64,000 nt of DNA, from positions 143,125 to 207,124 of the forward strand of contig JAXHNB010000008.1 in the NCBI GenBank assembly GCA_034520945.1. Reading direction: 5' to 3'. The notes beneath the pieces were generated by a model. That model made no database searches. It saw nothing but the letters and a program-made list of their open reading frames with translations, and had not been told where the DNA came from. Below, piece after piece: positions 19,303-30,309 of the stretch. This DNA is from Trueperaceae bacterium. GTDB lineage: Bacteria > Deinococcota > Deinococci > Deinococcales > Trueperaceae. Both the position numbers and the translations under genes were made by a program. Within the stretch, counting starts at the first letter, position 1, and each line of letters opens with the position of its first letter.

Positions 19303-21420
19303 ATGCGAATCGACGAGCTGATCAACGACATCCGAACCAGCAATCTCGTTCTCCCCGAGTTTCAGCGCGAGTACGTTTGGACACGGGAGCAAGCGAAGCA
19401 ACTGATGGCCTCGCTGATCAAGCGCTACCCGGTCGGTGGCCTCCTGTTCTGGAAGACGACGGATCCTCCCGAGCTCAAGAACATGACCGAACTGCCCGAG
19501 CACCTCGGCACCATCCGGGTGATACTCGACGGCCAGCAGCGCCTCACCACGCTCTTCATGCTGGTCACGGGCGACATCCCGCCGTACTACCGCCAGCACG
19601 ACATACATAGCAACCCACGCGATCTCTACTACAACGTGGAGACGCAGGAGTTCCACTACTACCAATCGTCGCGGATGCGGGACAACCCTCGCTGGCAACG
19701 GGTGGTCGATTGCTTCGATGGGAAAGGGTCGCAAAGCTTGGCGTTCGAGATCGCCAAGACACTCGCCGAGGACCCCGAGCGCGCCTTCGACCTCGCCAGC
19801 TCGCTAAGCCATAACCTCGAGCGACTACGGGGCATCGTGCAACACGATCTCCCGATCCAGACGGTGCCTGTGACGGCCTCGCTGACCGAGGCGATCGACA
19901 TCTTCGACCTGGTGAATAGCCAGGGTACGAAGCTCAGCGATGCGGAGTTGGCCCTTACGCACGTGACCGGGAAGTGGGCGCAGGCTCGTCGGGTCATAAA
20001 GGAAAAGAGCCGCGAGCTGGCCGATCGGCACTTCGACTTCGACCTGACATTCATGACGCGCGCCCTCACGGCCAGCGTCAAGCGGCGGGGCCTGTTCGAG
20101 ACCATTCACACCGCCAGCGAGGAGGAACTCAAGGCGGGATGGAAGCGCCTGTCGAAGATCCTCGACTACCTCGTGAACTTCCTGCCCCACAAGGCGTTCA
20201 TCCACTCGACCGAGGACCTCAGTACCTCGAACGCGCTGGTTCCGTTGATCGTTTACCTGACGGTTCACGATGGCAAGTTTCCGAGCCTCAAGGCCGAACG
20301 GAATGCAATCCACTGGTTGTACGCCGCGCTAATCAAGGCGCGCTATACGGCGCAGACCGACCAGCGGCTGGAGAAGGACATCGCCATCATCGTGCGCGAA
20401 GACGATCCTTGGGACAGCCTGCGCGAGCAAATCGTCGATCAGCGCGGACGCATCGACGTAATGCCGAGCGATTTCGAGGGCCGGGGCGTGAGTCACCCGC
20501 TCTTCAAGGCCGCGCACATCGTCGCCAAGGCGAGGGGCGCTGTGGATTGGTTCAACGGTATTCCACTCGGGAAGCCGCATGGCTCGAGCTACAGAATCCA
20601 TCGTCACCACATTTTTCCCAAGGACGTTCTTCATAAGCACGGTTACGAAGCCGAGAATCACATGCACGGCAAGATGGTGAACGAGATCGCCAACCGCGCA
20701 TTCCTGACCGCCGACACGAACCTTGACCTGTCCAACAAACCTCCGGCCGAGTATCTGCCGAAGATCGAGCAGGCCTACCCGGGCGCGCTCGCGAGTCAGT
20801 ACGTGCCGAAAGCGCAGGAGCTCTGGAGCTTGGACCGATTCGAGGACTTTCTCGCTGAGCGGCGCCGCCTGATGGCGGAGGCGATCAACGCCTACATGAA
20901 GGGGCTCGTTTCGGAGGGCCTGCCACAGGGTCCCGTCCCTCTGAGCACCATCATCGAACAGGGCGAAAGTGCACAGGTCGAGTTCAAGACGACGTTCCAG
21001 TGGGACGTGCGGCAGTCGCAGGTCAACAAGGCCCTTCACCAGTCTGTCGTCAAGTCCGTCGCAGCCTTCCTGAACACGGAGGGTGGAACGCTGGTCATCG
21101 GTGTAGAGGACGACGGCTCGATCTACGGCATCGACAAAGACGTGGCCTCGTTGGGTGGCACGCGGGATCGCTTCGAGCAGCGACTCGTCACGCTGCTGGT
21201 GGAGGCTCTCGGGACCGAGTACGCCCATCTCGTCAAGGTGTGGTTCGAAAGCGCCGAGGGGCGCGAAGTCTGCATCCTAGACGTGGAGCGGGCGCCAGAA
21301 CCCGTCTTCGCCAAGATGCCCGGAAAGGACACCATGTTCTACGCTCGATCCGGAAACGCTACGCGCGCGCTGGACTCCCAGGAGACGGTCGCCTACATCG
21401 GCATGCATTGGGACCAGTGA
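19303..21420 (+). CDS. GmrSD-like (DUF262 + HNH/DUF1524) type IV restriction protein fused to Schlafen AlbA_2 domain
   Basis: [32 protein letters not shown]...NEIANR; C-terminal GES.QVEFK...[18 protein letters not shown]. Confidence 0.88.
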   Translation: MRIDELINDIRTSNLVLPEFQREYVWTREQAKQLMASLIKRYPVGGLLFWKTTDPPELKNMTELPEHLGTIRVILDGQQRLTTLFMLVTGDIPPYYRQHDIHSNPRDLYYNVETQEFHYYQSSRMRDNPRWQRVVDCFDGKGSQSLAFEIAKTLAEDPERAFDLASSLSHNLERLRGIVQHDLPIQTVPVTASLTEAIDIFDLVNSQGTKLSDAELALTHVTGKWAQARRVIKEKSRELADRHFDFDLTFMTRALTASVKRRGLFETIHTASEEELKAGWKRLSKILDYLVNFLPHKAFIHSTEDLSTSNALVPLIVYLTVHDGKFPSLKAERNAIHWLYAALIKARYTAQTDQRLEKDIAIIVREDDPWDSLREQIVDQRGRIDVMPSDFEGRGVSHPLFKAAHIVAKARGAVDWFNGIPLGKPHGSSYRIHRHHIFPKDVLHKHGYEAENHMHGKMVNEIANRAFLTADTNLDLSNKPPAEYLPKIEQAYPGALASQYVPKAQELWSLDRFEDFLAERRRLMAEAINAYMKGLVSEGLPQGPVPLSTIIEQGESAQVEFKTTFQWDVRQSQVNKALHQSVVKSVAAFLNTEGGTLVIGVEDDGSIYGIDKDVASLGGTRDRFEQRLVTLLVEALGTEYAHLVKVWFESAEGREVCILDVERAPEPVFAKMPGKDTMFYARSGNATRALDSQETVAYIGMHWDQ

Positions 21421-21559
21421 GCTTGTCGCCCGGCAGAAATCCGAGAGCAGCGTGGACCTTTCTCCTCCTAGCCGCGCACCGGTCGCGGCTGCTGGACTTC
21501 TGTGCGAGCGCGAGTACTCTGTTTCGGCGCAGCAAGCGGCTCGACCCGCCAGTCGTGCC

Positions 21560-21680
21560 CGCCGTCAGGATCGGGGTGGACGACTTCGTCTTCCGGCGTG
21601 GACACGATTACGGCACGATCATCATTGACCTGGCGTCGCACCGACCGATCGAGGTGCTACCGAATCGGGATGCGGTCGGG
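21560..21680 (+). mobile_element. ISL3-family transposase fragment
   Basis: [34 protein letters not shown], typical ISL3 catalytic start; isolated fragment. Confidence 0.8.
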
Positions 21681-21829
21681 TTGTCGGAGGTTGCTAAGAA
21701 CGCGGTACGAGATGTGAAGGTGCTTGATTGAATTCGGTGCGGTGATTGAACGCCCTGATCGTGATCCGCATCAACAATAATCGAGCACAGTCATTCCTCA
21801 GTGACATGCCCACGGTACACTTGTGGTGC

Positions 21830-22462
21830 ATGCCGACTTCGCAGCACCCGCCGGTTCGCGACGATTACGCGGCCTACACCAATCAGGGCTTCCTCGGGCG
21901 AGAGACGTCTGAAACCGCACACTTGCTTGGAGATGGAGTGAGCGAGCAGGACGTGCGCCGTCGAGCAACCGACGAGAATCTCTTCCAGCTAACATCCGAG
22001 TCGAGCCGCAGGAGCACAGTCAATGCTGTCCTCGCCAGGCTCGACGGCGCGTCGGGACAGTTGTTAGACGTTCTTGCTTCGTCAGACCCTGATACGCGGC
22101 GCCAAGCGACGCTCTACGTCATCCTGCTGCAACACCGCCTACTTCGTGAATTCATCGCCGATGTCATCGTGCCCAAGGCGCGCCTTGCTGACGACGTCGT
22201 GACGGAAACCGACGTTGCAGTGTTCATGCAACGCGTGGCCTCACAGCAACCGGATGTACATGCATGGTCCACAAGCACCAAGCAGAAGGCAGTCTCGAAC
22301 ATGTTGCGCGTCTTGACAGACGCGGGGTTGTTGGAGCGCAAGGCGCGAGATCGCCATGTCATACGCACTTCCTGGGTTTCGCCGGAACTGCGCAACGAGC
22401 TTGATGCCGCCGGCCGCGCGAGCTACCTGACGCTGCTGCTTGACCAAGGAGGGGCGGCATGA
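21830..22462 (+). CDS. brxA: BREX BrxA (DUF1819)
   Basis: ENLFQ..S.S, LLREF, W+.ST..K, L.DAGLL; first gene of canonical BREX-1 order; start approximate. Confidence 0.85.
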   Translation: MPTSQHPPVRDDYAAYTNQGFLGRETSETAHLLGDGVSEQDVRRRATDENLFQLTSESSRRSTVNAVLARLDGASGQLLDVLASSDPDTRRQATLYVILLQHRLLREFIADVIVPKARLADDVVTETDVAVFMQRVASQQPDVHAWSTSTKQKAVSNMLRVLTDAGLLERKARDRHVIRTSWVSPELRNELDAAGRASYLTLLLDQGGAA

Positions 22463-23040
22463 GCGTGGCGGAGTTGGGTGCACGTCTGGAGCGGCTGCCC
22501 GACGTGCTTGCGCGCCACGACTTGTATGAGAGCAAGGGCATCGGGAACGAGGTCAACTTCCACGTCTTTGCCTATCCACCGGAGGCAGCGTCGGTGGTCG
22601 AGGGGTACGTTCCTAGACTTGTCCAGAGGCTTGCAGACAAGGGGTTGCAGGCGTTCGTCTTCGATGTCTTCCAGGAGATGATCGCGATCCTTCGTGAATC
22701 GGGTCACCTCGAACAAGCGTTGGATTTGGAGAGGGACAAGGGCACGCCAGCACTCGCGAAGGCCGTGCGCAAGATGCTTCATGCCCAGGCCTTGGCCGCG
22801 CGCCTGCAGGAACGACGCCGAGAGCAGCCGCACGATGTGATTCTCATCTCGGGCGTGGGCGGAGCCTACCCCCTTGTCCGGGCACATCAACTTCTGAACA
22901 ATCTCCACTCCGACGTCGAGGACGTACCCCTGGTGCTTCTCTACCCGGGTTCGTACGATGGCACGGCGTTTCGGCTCTTTGAGCGTTTGGATGACGAGAA
23001 TCACTACCGCGCATTCGTCCTTGTGGAACAGGTGGACTAG
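22459..23040 (+). CDS. brxB: BREX BrxB (DUF1788)
   Basis: GIGNEVNFHVFAYPP, GVG.AYPLVRAH.LLNNL, LYPG.YDG..F.LF, HYRAF. Confidence 0.92.
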   Translation: MSVAELGARLERLPDVLARHDLYESKGIGNEVNFHVFAYPPEAASVVEGYVPRLVQRLADKGLQAFVFDVFQEMIAILRESGHLEQALDLERDKGTPALAKAVRKMLHAQALAARLQERRREQPHDVILISGVGGAYPLVRAHQLLNNLHSDVEDVPLVLLYPGSYDGTAFRLFERLDDENHYRAFVLVEQVD

Positions 23041-23045
23041 CAACA

Positions 23046-26000
23046 ATGATGAACCTCTACAAGAAGGACATCGAAAGGCCGATCAACGGCGTGATCAAAG
23101 TTGGTCAGCTTGACGACGCGGCGATCGAGCACGAACTGAGCGAGTACGTCATCACCGAAGAGGTCAATGGGTACCTGGACAAGTTCTTTGACTTCTATAA
23201 GGACGCCCTCCAGAACCCGACGGACGCGATCGGCGTGTGGATTAGCGGTTTCTTTGGCTCGGGCAAGTCGCACCTACTGAAGATGTTTGCTTACCTCCTT
23301 GGGAACCGGAAGGTGCCGTCAGGGTCAGCGCTTGAGATCTTCCTACCGAAGATCGACGATCCATCGCTTCGGGGGGCCATCGAGCGTGCGGCCGGAGCGC
23401 CCAAGGACGTGATCCTGTTCAACATTGATGCGAAGGCCATGGCGACGGATGCGGGTACCCCCGAGCCGATCGTCGCTACGTTGCAACGCGTGGTCGATGA
23501 GCACCGCGGGTACTTCGCCTACGGGCCCTCGGTCGCTAATTTCGAGCGACAACTGGACCAACAAGGCGTCTACGACGGATTTAAGAAGGCCTACGAGCAG
23601 CACACGGGGAATCGCTGGATCGACGACCGGCAGTACTGGGACTTCCACCAATCCGAAATCGTTGCAGCGTTGCAGCAGGCCATGGGGATCGACCAATCTG
23701 CTGCCCAGGCCGCCGTTGATCGGGCCGACGGATCGTCGTTCGTGAGCAACGAGGCCTTCGCCAAAGGCCTACGCACCTGGCTCGATGAGCAGGGACCGAA
23801 CCACCAAGCGATTTTCATGATTGACGAGATCGGGCAGTACATCGGCACGAACGGGCAGCTCATGCTGAATCTGCAAACCGTTGCCGAGGAGCTGGGCATC
23901 CACTGCGCCGGTCGTGCATGGCTCATGGTTACGTCTCAGGAAGATATTGACGCCGTCACGCAACAACGCGTGCGGGGTGACGACTTCTCGAAGATCCAAG
24001 GCCGCTTCAAGACAAGGATCTCCTTGTCGAGCGCGAATACTGACGAGGTCATTAAGCTTCGCCTGCTCGAGAAGCGCGAGGAGGTCATCACGCCCCTTGA
24101 GGCCTTGTACGAGCAGCATGCGCAGGCGCTGAAGACACAGATCCGGTTCAGCAAGGACAAGACCGCGCATATGCCGTCCTACAGTGGCCCCGCCAGCTTT
24201 GTGGCTGCCTACCCGTTCGTGCCGTATCAGTTCGGGTTGCTCCAGAATGTGTTTACGCAGATCCGGCTGTTCGGGGCAACGGGTAAGAACCTTGCGCAGG
24301 GTGAGCGGTCCATGCTCGATGCGTTCCAGAGCGCGGCCCGGACGTTGCAGACAACGGAGCTCGGTTCGCTTGCGCCGTTCCACCTGTTCTACTCCTCGGT
24401 CGAAGGAGTCCTCGACGGCAACATCCGGTTGATCATTCGTAATGCCACGAAGAACCCGGAACTGGAGCCCTTCGACGCAGAGCTGCTCAAGACGCTCTTC
24501 ATGATCAAGTACGTAAAAGAAATGCCGGGCACGGTCGACAACCTGGTCACGCTCGAGATTGACCACATTGAGCGCGACCGGGTCGCTCTTACGGACAAGG
24601 TCAAGGCAGCGCTCGCTCGGCTCGAGAAGCAAACGTTGGTTCAGCGCACAGGCGACACCTACGAGTTCTTGACGAACGAAGAGCAGGACGTCACGCGCGA
24701 GATTAAGGCGTTCTCCGTCCCCGCGGGTAGCGTCGAAAGCGAGTTGCAGACGTTGGTCTGGGAGGAGCTTTTTGACGTCAAGAAGGTGCGCTACGACGCG
24801 CAACACGACTACCCGTATACGCGGATCCTGGACGGCCAGGTCGTAGGTCAACAGAACGACGACCTGAGGCTCCACATCGTCACGCCGCTCGGCGGCGAGG
24901 AATACACCTCCGTCTTCGACGACTCGGCCGCGATGATGCAGTCGGGTGGGAACACCGTTCTGGTGCGGCTTCCCGACGAGGGCAGCCGCGAGGCGTTCGA
25001 TGAGCTGCAGCTCTATGTGCGCACCAAGCACTACCTGAACCAGAAGCTAGGAAAGGCCAGCAAGACCAGCCTTCTCAACATTCTTCATACGCACCAACGG
25101 CAGAACCGCGAGCGGCAAGTCCGTGTACGCTCTGCCATCGACGGGCTGCTCAGAGAAGCCGACGTGTTCGCCTACGGTCAGAGGCTCGAGAAGCTGGGCT
25201 CGAACACAAAGGACCGCCTGACGTCTGCACTGAAGAAGCTGGTTGAGGCGATCTATACCAACCGACACTACGTCACCCACCCGTACCCCAACAGCGAGGC
25301 CATCCACAAGGTGCTGCAAGGTGGCGTCTCAGACGTGCAGCCAGACGCCCAAGGCAAGGTGCCGAACGAGCTCGCCCAGGGGGCGATGTACACCTGGCTC
25401 AAGGCACGCACCGACGCTCATTCGCTTCCGACAGGCAAGGACCTTGTCACGGAGTTCACGGGGCGTCCCTACGGATGGTCGGCCTACGACGTACTGGGCG
25501 TGCTGGCCGAGCTCTTGGTGCAGCGCAAGGCAGAACTCCTACGGTACGACGCCGTCGTCGACCCGAAGGAAGACAAACTGGTCGATTCGCTGATCTCGAC
25601 CCAACAGCGGGCCAACCTGCGGGTCCGCGTTCCGCATGCCATCGATCCGGAAGCGAAGGCAACGGCCACACGGTTCCTCATTCACGCCCTCGACAATCCA
25701 ATGCCTAGTGCCGACGAGAAGAAGCTTGCGGACGACATCCGGCACCGCCTCGAAGTGATCCGCGAGGATGTTGGGAAGGATCTTGCGGTGGCGCGGCAGG
25801 GGGGCTACCCCTACGAAGAGCAGTTGTCCAAGGCGTCGGAGGTGCTGCAGGACGTTTTGAAACCACGCGACTTGGCGTCTTTCTTCGACAAGCTCCACGA
25901 ATCTGCGGACGTTCTTGAGTCTGTCGTTGCTGAGGCGCACCGGATTCACAACTTCTTCGACTCGGCACAACAGCGGAAGGTGTTTGAGGACGCGCGGCGA

Positions 26001-26606
26001 CTGCTCCGCGAGCGTGAGCACGATCTCGCCACCCTAAGCGACGAAGATGCGGTCGCGGCCCGGGACACATTGCGGTCAATCGTGGATTCGCCCGACCCTG
26101 CCAGGGAGATCCCTAAGGCAGTTCCCCTGGTCGTGACCCTCGAGCAGGCCCTTGCATCCTTGGTGGATGCCCAGCGTTCAAAGGTCAAGACCGACCTTGA
26201 CGAGAAGGTGGCTTCGCTCCGAAGCCTCGCGACAGCAGCAGGAGTTCCTGACGATGCGGCAGCTGAAATGCTGCGGCCTCTCGAGTTGCACGCTGAACAA
26301 CTGAAGGGCGCGAAGACCGTCGAAGCTGTGCTTGCGCTAAGCGCGCAACTGTCGAACAAGGCGCAGGCCGCGGAGCAGGCGATCTACGCCTACCAACCGC
26401 CGATGCCTGACGATGACGAGGCTGATCCGGTGGGCGAGGCTGTGGAACCTGCACCGAAACCGCGCCCACTGGAGCCCTTCCATCCAGCCAAGATAGCGAC
26501 GAATGAAATCCTCACATCGACAGAAGACGTCGAGGCCTACGTGGATACGCTCCGCGAGGCGATGCTGAAGGTTCTCGAGGCGGGAAAGCGGATTCATGTT
26601 CGATAG
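23046..26606 (+). CDS. brxC: BREX BrxC P-loop ATPase
   Basis: KDIERPINGVIKV, WISGFFGSGKSH, DEIGQYI, VTSQE, FSKIQGRF, YPFVPYQF. Confidence 0.95.
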   Translation: MMNLYKKDIERPINGVIKVGQLDDAAIEHELSEYVITEEVNGYLDKFFDFYKDALQNPTDAIGVWISGFFGSGKSHLLKMFAYLLGNRKVPSGSALEIFLPKIDDPSLRGAIERAAGAPKDVILFNIDAKAMATDAGTPEPIVATLQRVVDEHRGYFAYGPSVANFERQLDQQGVYDGFKKAYEQHTGNRWIDDRQYWDFHQSEIVAALQQAMGIDQSAAQAAVDRADGSSFVSNEAFAKGLRTWLDEQGPNHQAIFMIDEIGQYIGTNGQLMLNLQTVAEELGIHCAGRAWLMVTSQEDIDAVTQQRVRGDDFSKIQGRFKTRISLSSANTDEVIKLRLLEKREEVITPLEALYEQHAQALKTQIRFSKDKTAHMPSYSGPASFVAAYPFVPYQFGLLQNVFTQIRLFGATGKNLAQGERSMLDAFQSAARTLQTTELGSLAPFHLFYSSVEGVLDGNIRLIIRNATKNPELEPFDAELLKTLFMIKYVKEMPGTVDNLVTLEIDHIERDRVALTDKVKAALARLEKQTLVQRTGDTYEFLTNEEQDVTREIKAFSVPAGSVESELQTLVWEELFDVKKVRYDAQHDYPYTRILDGQVVGQQNDDLRLHIVTPLGGEEYTSVFDDSAAMMQSGGNTVLVRLPDEGSREAFDELQLYVRTKHYLNQKLGKASKTSLLNILHTHQRQNRERQVRVRSAIDGLLREADVFAYGQRLEKLGSNTKDRLTSALKKLVEAIYTNRHYVTHPYPNSEAIHKVLQGGVSDVQPDAQGKVPNELAQGAMYTWLKARTDAHSLPTGKDLVTEFTGRPYGWSAYDVLGVLAELLVQRKAELLRYDAVVDPKEDKLVDSLISTQQRANLRVRVPHAIDPEAKATATRFLIHALDNPMPSADEKKLADDIRHRLEVIREDVGKDLAVARQGGYPYEEQLSKASEVLQDVLKPRDLASFFDKLHESADVLESVVAEAHRIHNFFDSAQQRKVFEDARRLLREREHDLATLSDEDAVAARDTLRSIVDSPDPAREIPKAVPLVVTLEQALASLVDAQRSKVKTDLDEKVASLRSLATAAGVPDDAAAEMLRPLELHAEQLKGAKTVEAVLALSAQLSNKAQAAEQAIYAYQPPMPDDDEADPVGEAVEPAPKPRPLEPFHPAKIATNEILTSTEDVEAYVDTLREAMLKVLEAGKRIHVR

Positions 26607-26690
26607 GTACGTCAGTGGCGATGCACGCCCGGTTGTTGCGGTTTCGTTGCGGGAGTCGCCCTCAGTTCAAGAACGTCCAGGAGGCGTAGT

Positions 26691-29600
26691 TTGATGGATC
26701 GGGGTGCGTTGAAGCGGTTTGCCTCGTGGGCGCGGCTTTGGTTGCGGGAGCAGATGCGCGTGAAGGCTCGCGCTTTGGGGCTTGGCGCGAAGGAGCTTGA
26801 GGAGCCCTCGTTCGTGTCGGGCGGGATGAGTGTCGCGGGGTTCACGTTCGGTGCGCACCAGGCTGGTCTCTACCGGCAGGTTCGGGCCGAGCTTGATGAG
26901 CGCATGCGGGCGGGCGCCACATACGCCGACGCGTTGGACGCGATATTGGACGAGATGGCGTTCACGTGGTTCAACCGCTTCACGGCCCTGCGCTACTTGG
27001 AAGTGAACGAGTACGGTGTGCGCGCCTTGAGTCACCCACAAGAAGGCGTGACTGAACCTGCGTTGCTACAAGGCGCAAACAGTCTTGCATCGGCTGGGCA
27101 ACTACCGGGCGTGACGATCGACATGCTGCAAGCGTGGCAGCGTCAGGGTCAGGACGCAACGTACCAAGGCGTGTTGAATGCGTACTGCCGGTCCCTCGGG
27201 TCGTGGCTGCCGTTCCTGTTCAACCCCCGGCAGGACATCGCGGAGTTGTTCCTCCCGGATCGGTTGTTGATGCCGGGCACGATCGTGCGGCGAATCGTGA
27301 CGGACGTTCCGGAGGAGGACTGGCGCCAAATTGAGGTGATCGGTTGGCTGTACCAGTTCTACATTGCTGACCGGAAGGACGAGGTGTTTGCGAAGAAGGG
27401 CACCTACACGCCTCGTGACATTCCTCCCGCCACGCAGTTGTTCACGCCCCACTGGATTGTTCGCTACATGGTGGAGAACAGTGTAGGTCGCTTGTGGCTC
27501 GAGTCGCACCCCAACTCCAGCCTGCGTGAGCACATGCCGTACTACCTCGACCCCAACGACGCGCCCAGCGACGGCCAGGGCGAGGGTGAGGAGGAGGCGC
27601 AGGGTCTAGCGTCCATGCCCGATCGACCCGCGGGCGCGCCTCTGCAACCGCAGGACATTACTGTGATGGATCCGGCGTGCGGGAGTGGCCACATTCTCGT
27701 GTACGCGTTCGACCTGCTTTTCCGCATTTACCAAGAGGCCGGCTACGCCACTCACGACATTCCGGGCTTGATTCTCGAGCACAATCTGCACGGCTTGGAC
27801 ATCGACTTGCGAGCAGCGCAACTCGCGAACTTCGCGGTCACCATGAAAGCTCGCGAACATACCAAGAGCGTTCAGACCGAGCCGCAACCCCTGCACGTTC
27901 ACGCGATCGAGCACACCCGCGGCATCACGCTTCCCGACACGAACCACCTCACCAAGGCCAAGTGGGAGCCCCTCGTCGACGCGTTTAGGCATGCCGACGA
28001 GCTGGGCAGCCTCATCGCGCCATCCGACAATGTGGACCTCGACGACCTACAAGGCGAACTGGACGCCTACACCCAAGCAGGCCACCTGGAAACCAGCAGC
28101 CTCGCCCCCGGACTCCAGCACCTCCTCCAGCAGGCCAGGCTCCTCGCAAGCAAGTACCATGCCGTCATTACGAACCCGCCCTATATGGGCAGCAAGGCCT
28201 TCAGCAGGACCCTCAAGGACTACACCAGAACCCACTACCCGATGTCCAAGGCCGACCTCTTCGCCGTGTTCATCGAGCGCAATCGCGAGCTGGCAAATGC
28301 CTATGGGCTGGTCAGTATGGTCACGATGCATGCTTGGATGTTCTTGAGTGGTTTTGAGGCGCTTCGGCGAGATCTTCTGTCAGAAAGCCCGCTGTTGTCC
28401 ATGGTGCATATGGGCAACATGGTTATGCGAATTGCTTTCGGCACGTGTGCCTTCATATTTCGTCCCGGCGGACCACCTTCGCAACTAGCGTCCTTCACCT
28501 GGATTCGCAGTCAGGACCTTGATCAGGAAGCGGATGGACCAATAAGCTTCCCCGTTCGCAACGTTCGAAATGCAGGGGCGATCGAGCTAGCTTACTGGCG
28601 CAGGAACTCAGATTTCAGCCTTGTGCCTGGTGCCGCGCTGGCGTACTGGCTTACACCTACCGGATTGGATGCGTTCTCGCTGGGAAGGCTAGATGACATC
28701 GCAGAAATGCGAGAGGGTGTGGGGACCCGGCAGGATGATCGGTTCATTCGCTTCATCTGGGAGCCGGATCTGAATTCTGTGGGTGTCGGCCCGAACTTCG
28801 ATGCAACGTGGCTATTGACGGACAAGGCGGGAGGCTATCGTAAGTGGCGTGCGGAACCACGTTACGTCATGAAGTGGCAAAACAATGGCCAGGAAATCAG
28901 GAACCTAAGGAATCCCAATGGATCATTGAAATCGCGCCCCCAGAACACGCAGTACTTCTATCGAGCCGCAGTTTCCTGGGGAAAGGTTACTTCTGGAGTC
29001 AACTCCTTCCGTCATCGCCCGCCTGGGTGGGGGTTCAATGATGCCGCTCCATCCGCATTCGGTCGAGATGGGCAGCTTCGCGCCATGCTCGCCTTCTTGA
29101 ACAGCGTTGTTGCACGCTACTTCATCGAAGCTCAAGGGCCGACAATCAACCTCACAGTTGGTGTTGTGGGAGCCTTACCGGCCGCTCGGGAAGTCGTGCT
29201 GGCGCACGAGCTTGCGGTGGACCTCCAACGCCAGTGCGAGGATCTTGTCGCCTCGGACGATGGGCTGAGCGAGGTATCGCATGATTTTCAGGAACACCCT
29301 ATTGTACGACAGGGCAAGATGCGCGTCGCGGATGCGTTCGAAGCGTGGCGAGTGGAGGCGGACAAGGCGTTCTGCGAGTTGAAGCGGCTTGAGGAGGAGA
29401 ACAACCGGTACTGGATTGACGCGTACGGCCTGCAAGACGAGTTGAGTCCCGAAGTGGACGAGGATGAGGTCACCATCCGTCGTGCGGATTGGGATGGGGA
29501 CGTGCGGAGCCTCATCAGTTACGCCGTTGGTTGCATGATGGGCCGCTACACCCTGAGTGGCCCCGGCCTCCAGTTCGCAGGTGGGGTATTCAATTTGAGC

Positions 29601-30284
29601 GACTTCGAGGGTTCTTACCTGCCCGACGCCAACGGCATATTGCCAATGACGGACGAGCCGTACTTCGAGGACGACATCGTCACCCGCTTCACTTCATGGC
29701 TTGAAGCGGCGTTCGGTCCGGAGCACGTGCAGGAGAACCTCCGCTGGATTGCGGACGCCTTGACGATGCGCGCCAGTGAAACGCCGCACGAGCGGATGCG
29801 TCGCTACTTCCTGACCGAGTTCATCAAGGACCACAACCGCCAGTACAGCAAGCGACCCATCTACTGGTTGTTCACCAGTGGGAAGCACGGCGGCTTCCAT
29901 GCGCTCGTGTACTTGCACCGCTACACGCCCGACACGCTCGCGCGGCTTAGGAGCGATTACGCCCTCCCGCTCGACGCGAAACTGCAGGCCGCCATTCGGG
30001 ATGCCGAGTACCAAGCGGAACACGCGACGAGTGCGAGTGCGAAGAATCGTGCCGAGAAGCTCGTCGCCAGGCTGCGCGCGCAGCATGAGGAACTCCAGGC
30101 GTACCAAGAAGCCCTGCAGCACCACGCCGACCAACGCATTTCCCTCGACCTGGATGACGGTGTCGCCTACAACTACACCCTCCTCGCTGACCTCCTCTAC
30201 CAAGGCAGCGACCTACCCCTGAAACAACTTCTGAAGGCCAGCCAATGGAAGCGAGACCTCTTGAAGCAAGAGTCCACAACATGA
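26691..30284 (+). CDS. pglX: BREX PglX adenine methyltransferase
   Basis: TWFNRF.ALRYLE, ATQLFTPHWIVRYMVENS, DPACGSGH, NPPY, KRPIYW, DLDDGV..NY. Confidence 0.95.
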   Translation: MMDRGALKRFASWARLWLREQMRVKARALGLGAKELEEPSFVSGGMSVAGFTFGAHQAGLYRQVRAELDERMRAGATYADALDAILDEMAFTWFNRFTALRYLEVNEYGVRALSHPQEGVTEPALLQGANSLASAGQLPGVTIDMLQAWQRQGQDATYQGVLNAYCRSLGSWLPFLFNPRQDIAELFLPDRLLMPGTIVRRIVTDVPEEDWRQIEVIGWLYQFYIADRKDEVFAKKGTYTPRDIPPATQLFTPHWIVRYMVENSVGRLWLESHPNSSLREHMPYYLDPNDAPSDGQGEGEEEAQGLASMPDRPAGAPLQPQDITVMDPACGSGHILVYAFDLLFRIYQEAGYATHDIPGLILEHNLHGLDIDLRAAQLANFAVTMKAREHTKSVQTEPQPLHVHAIEHTRGITLPDTNHLTKAKWEPLVDAFRHADELGSLIAPSDNVDLDDLQGELDAYTQAGHLETSSLAPGLQHLLQQARLLASKYHAVITNPPYMGSKAFSRTLKDYTRTHYPMSKADLFAVFIERNRELANAYGLVSMVTMHAWMFLSGFEALRRDLLSESPLLSMVHMGNMVMRIAFGTCAFIFRPGGPPSQLASFTWIRSQDLDQEADGPISFPVRNVRNAGAIELAYWRRNSDFSLVPGAALAYWLTPTGLDAFSLGRLDDIAEMREGVGTRQDDRFIRFIWEPDLNSVGVGPNFDATWLLTDKAGGYRKWRAEPRYVMKWQNNGQEIRNLRNPNGSLKSRPQNTQYFYRAAVSWGKVTSGVNSFRHRPPGWGFNDAAPSAFGRDGQLRAMLAFLNSVVARYFIEAQGPTINLTVGVVGALPAAREVVLAHELAVDLQRQCEDLVASDDGLSEVSHDFQEHPIVRQGKMRVADAFEAWRVEADKAFCELKRLEEENNRYWIDAYGLQDELSPEVDEDEVTIRRADWDGDVRSLISYAVGCMMGRYTLSGPGLQFAGGVFNLSDFEGSYLPDANGILPMTDEPYFEDDIVTRFTSWLEAAFGPEHVQENLRWIADALTMRASETPHERMRRYFLTEFIKDHNRQYSKRPIYWLFTSGKHGGFHALVYLHRYTPDTLARLRSDYALPLDAKLQAAIRDAEYQAEHATSASAKNRAEKLVARLRAQHEELQAYQEALQHHADQRISLDLDDGVAYNYTLLADLLYQGSDLPLKQLLKASQWKRDLLKQESTT

Positions 30285-30309
30285 TCGGTAGCGGCCACAG
30301 GAGGCAGCC

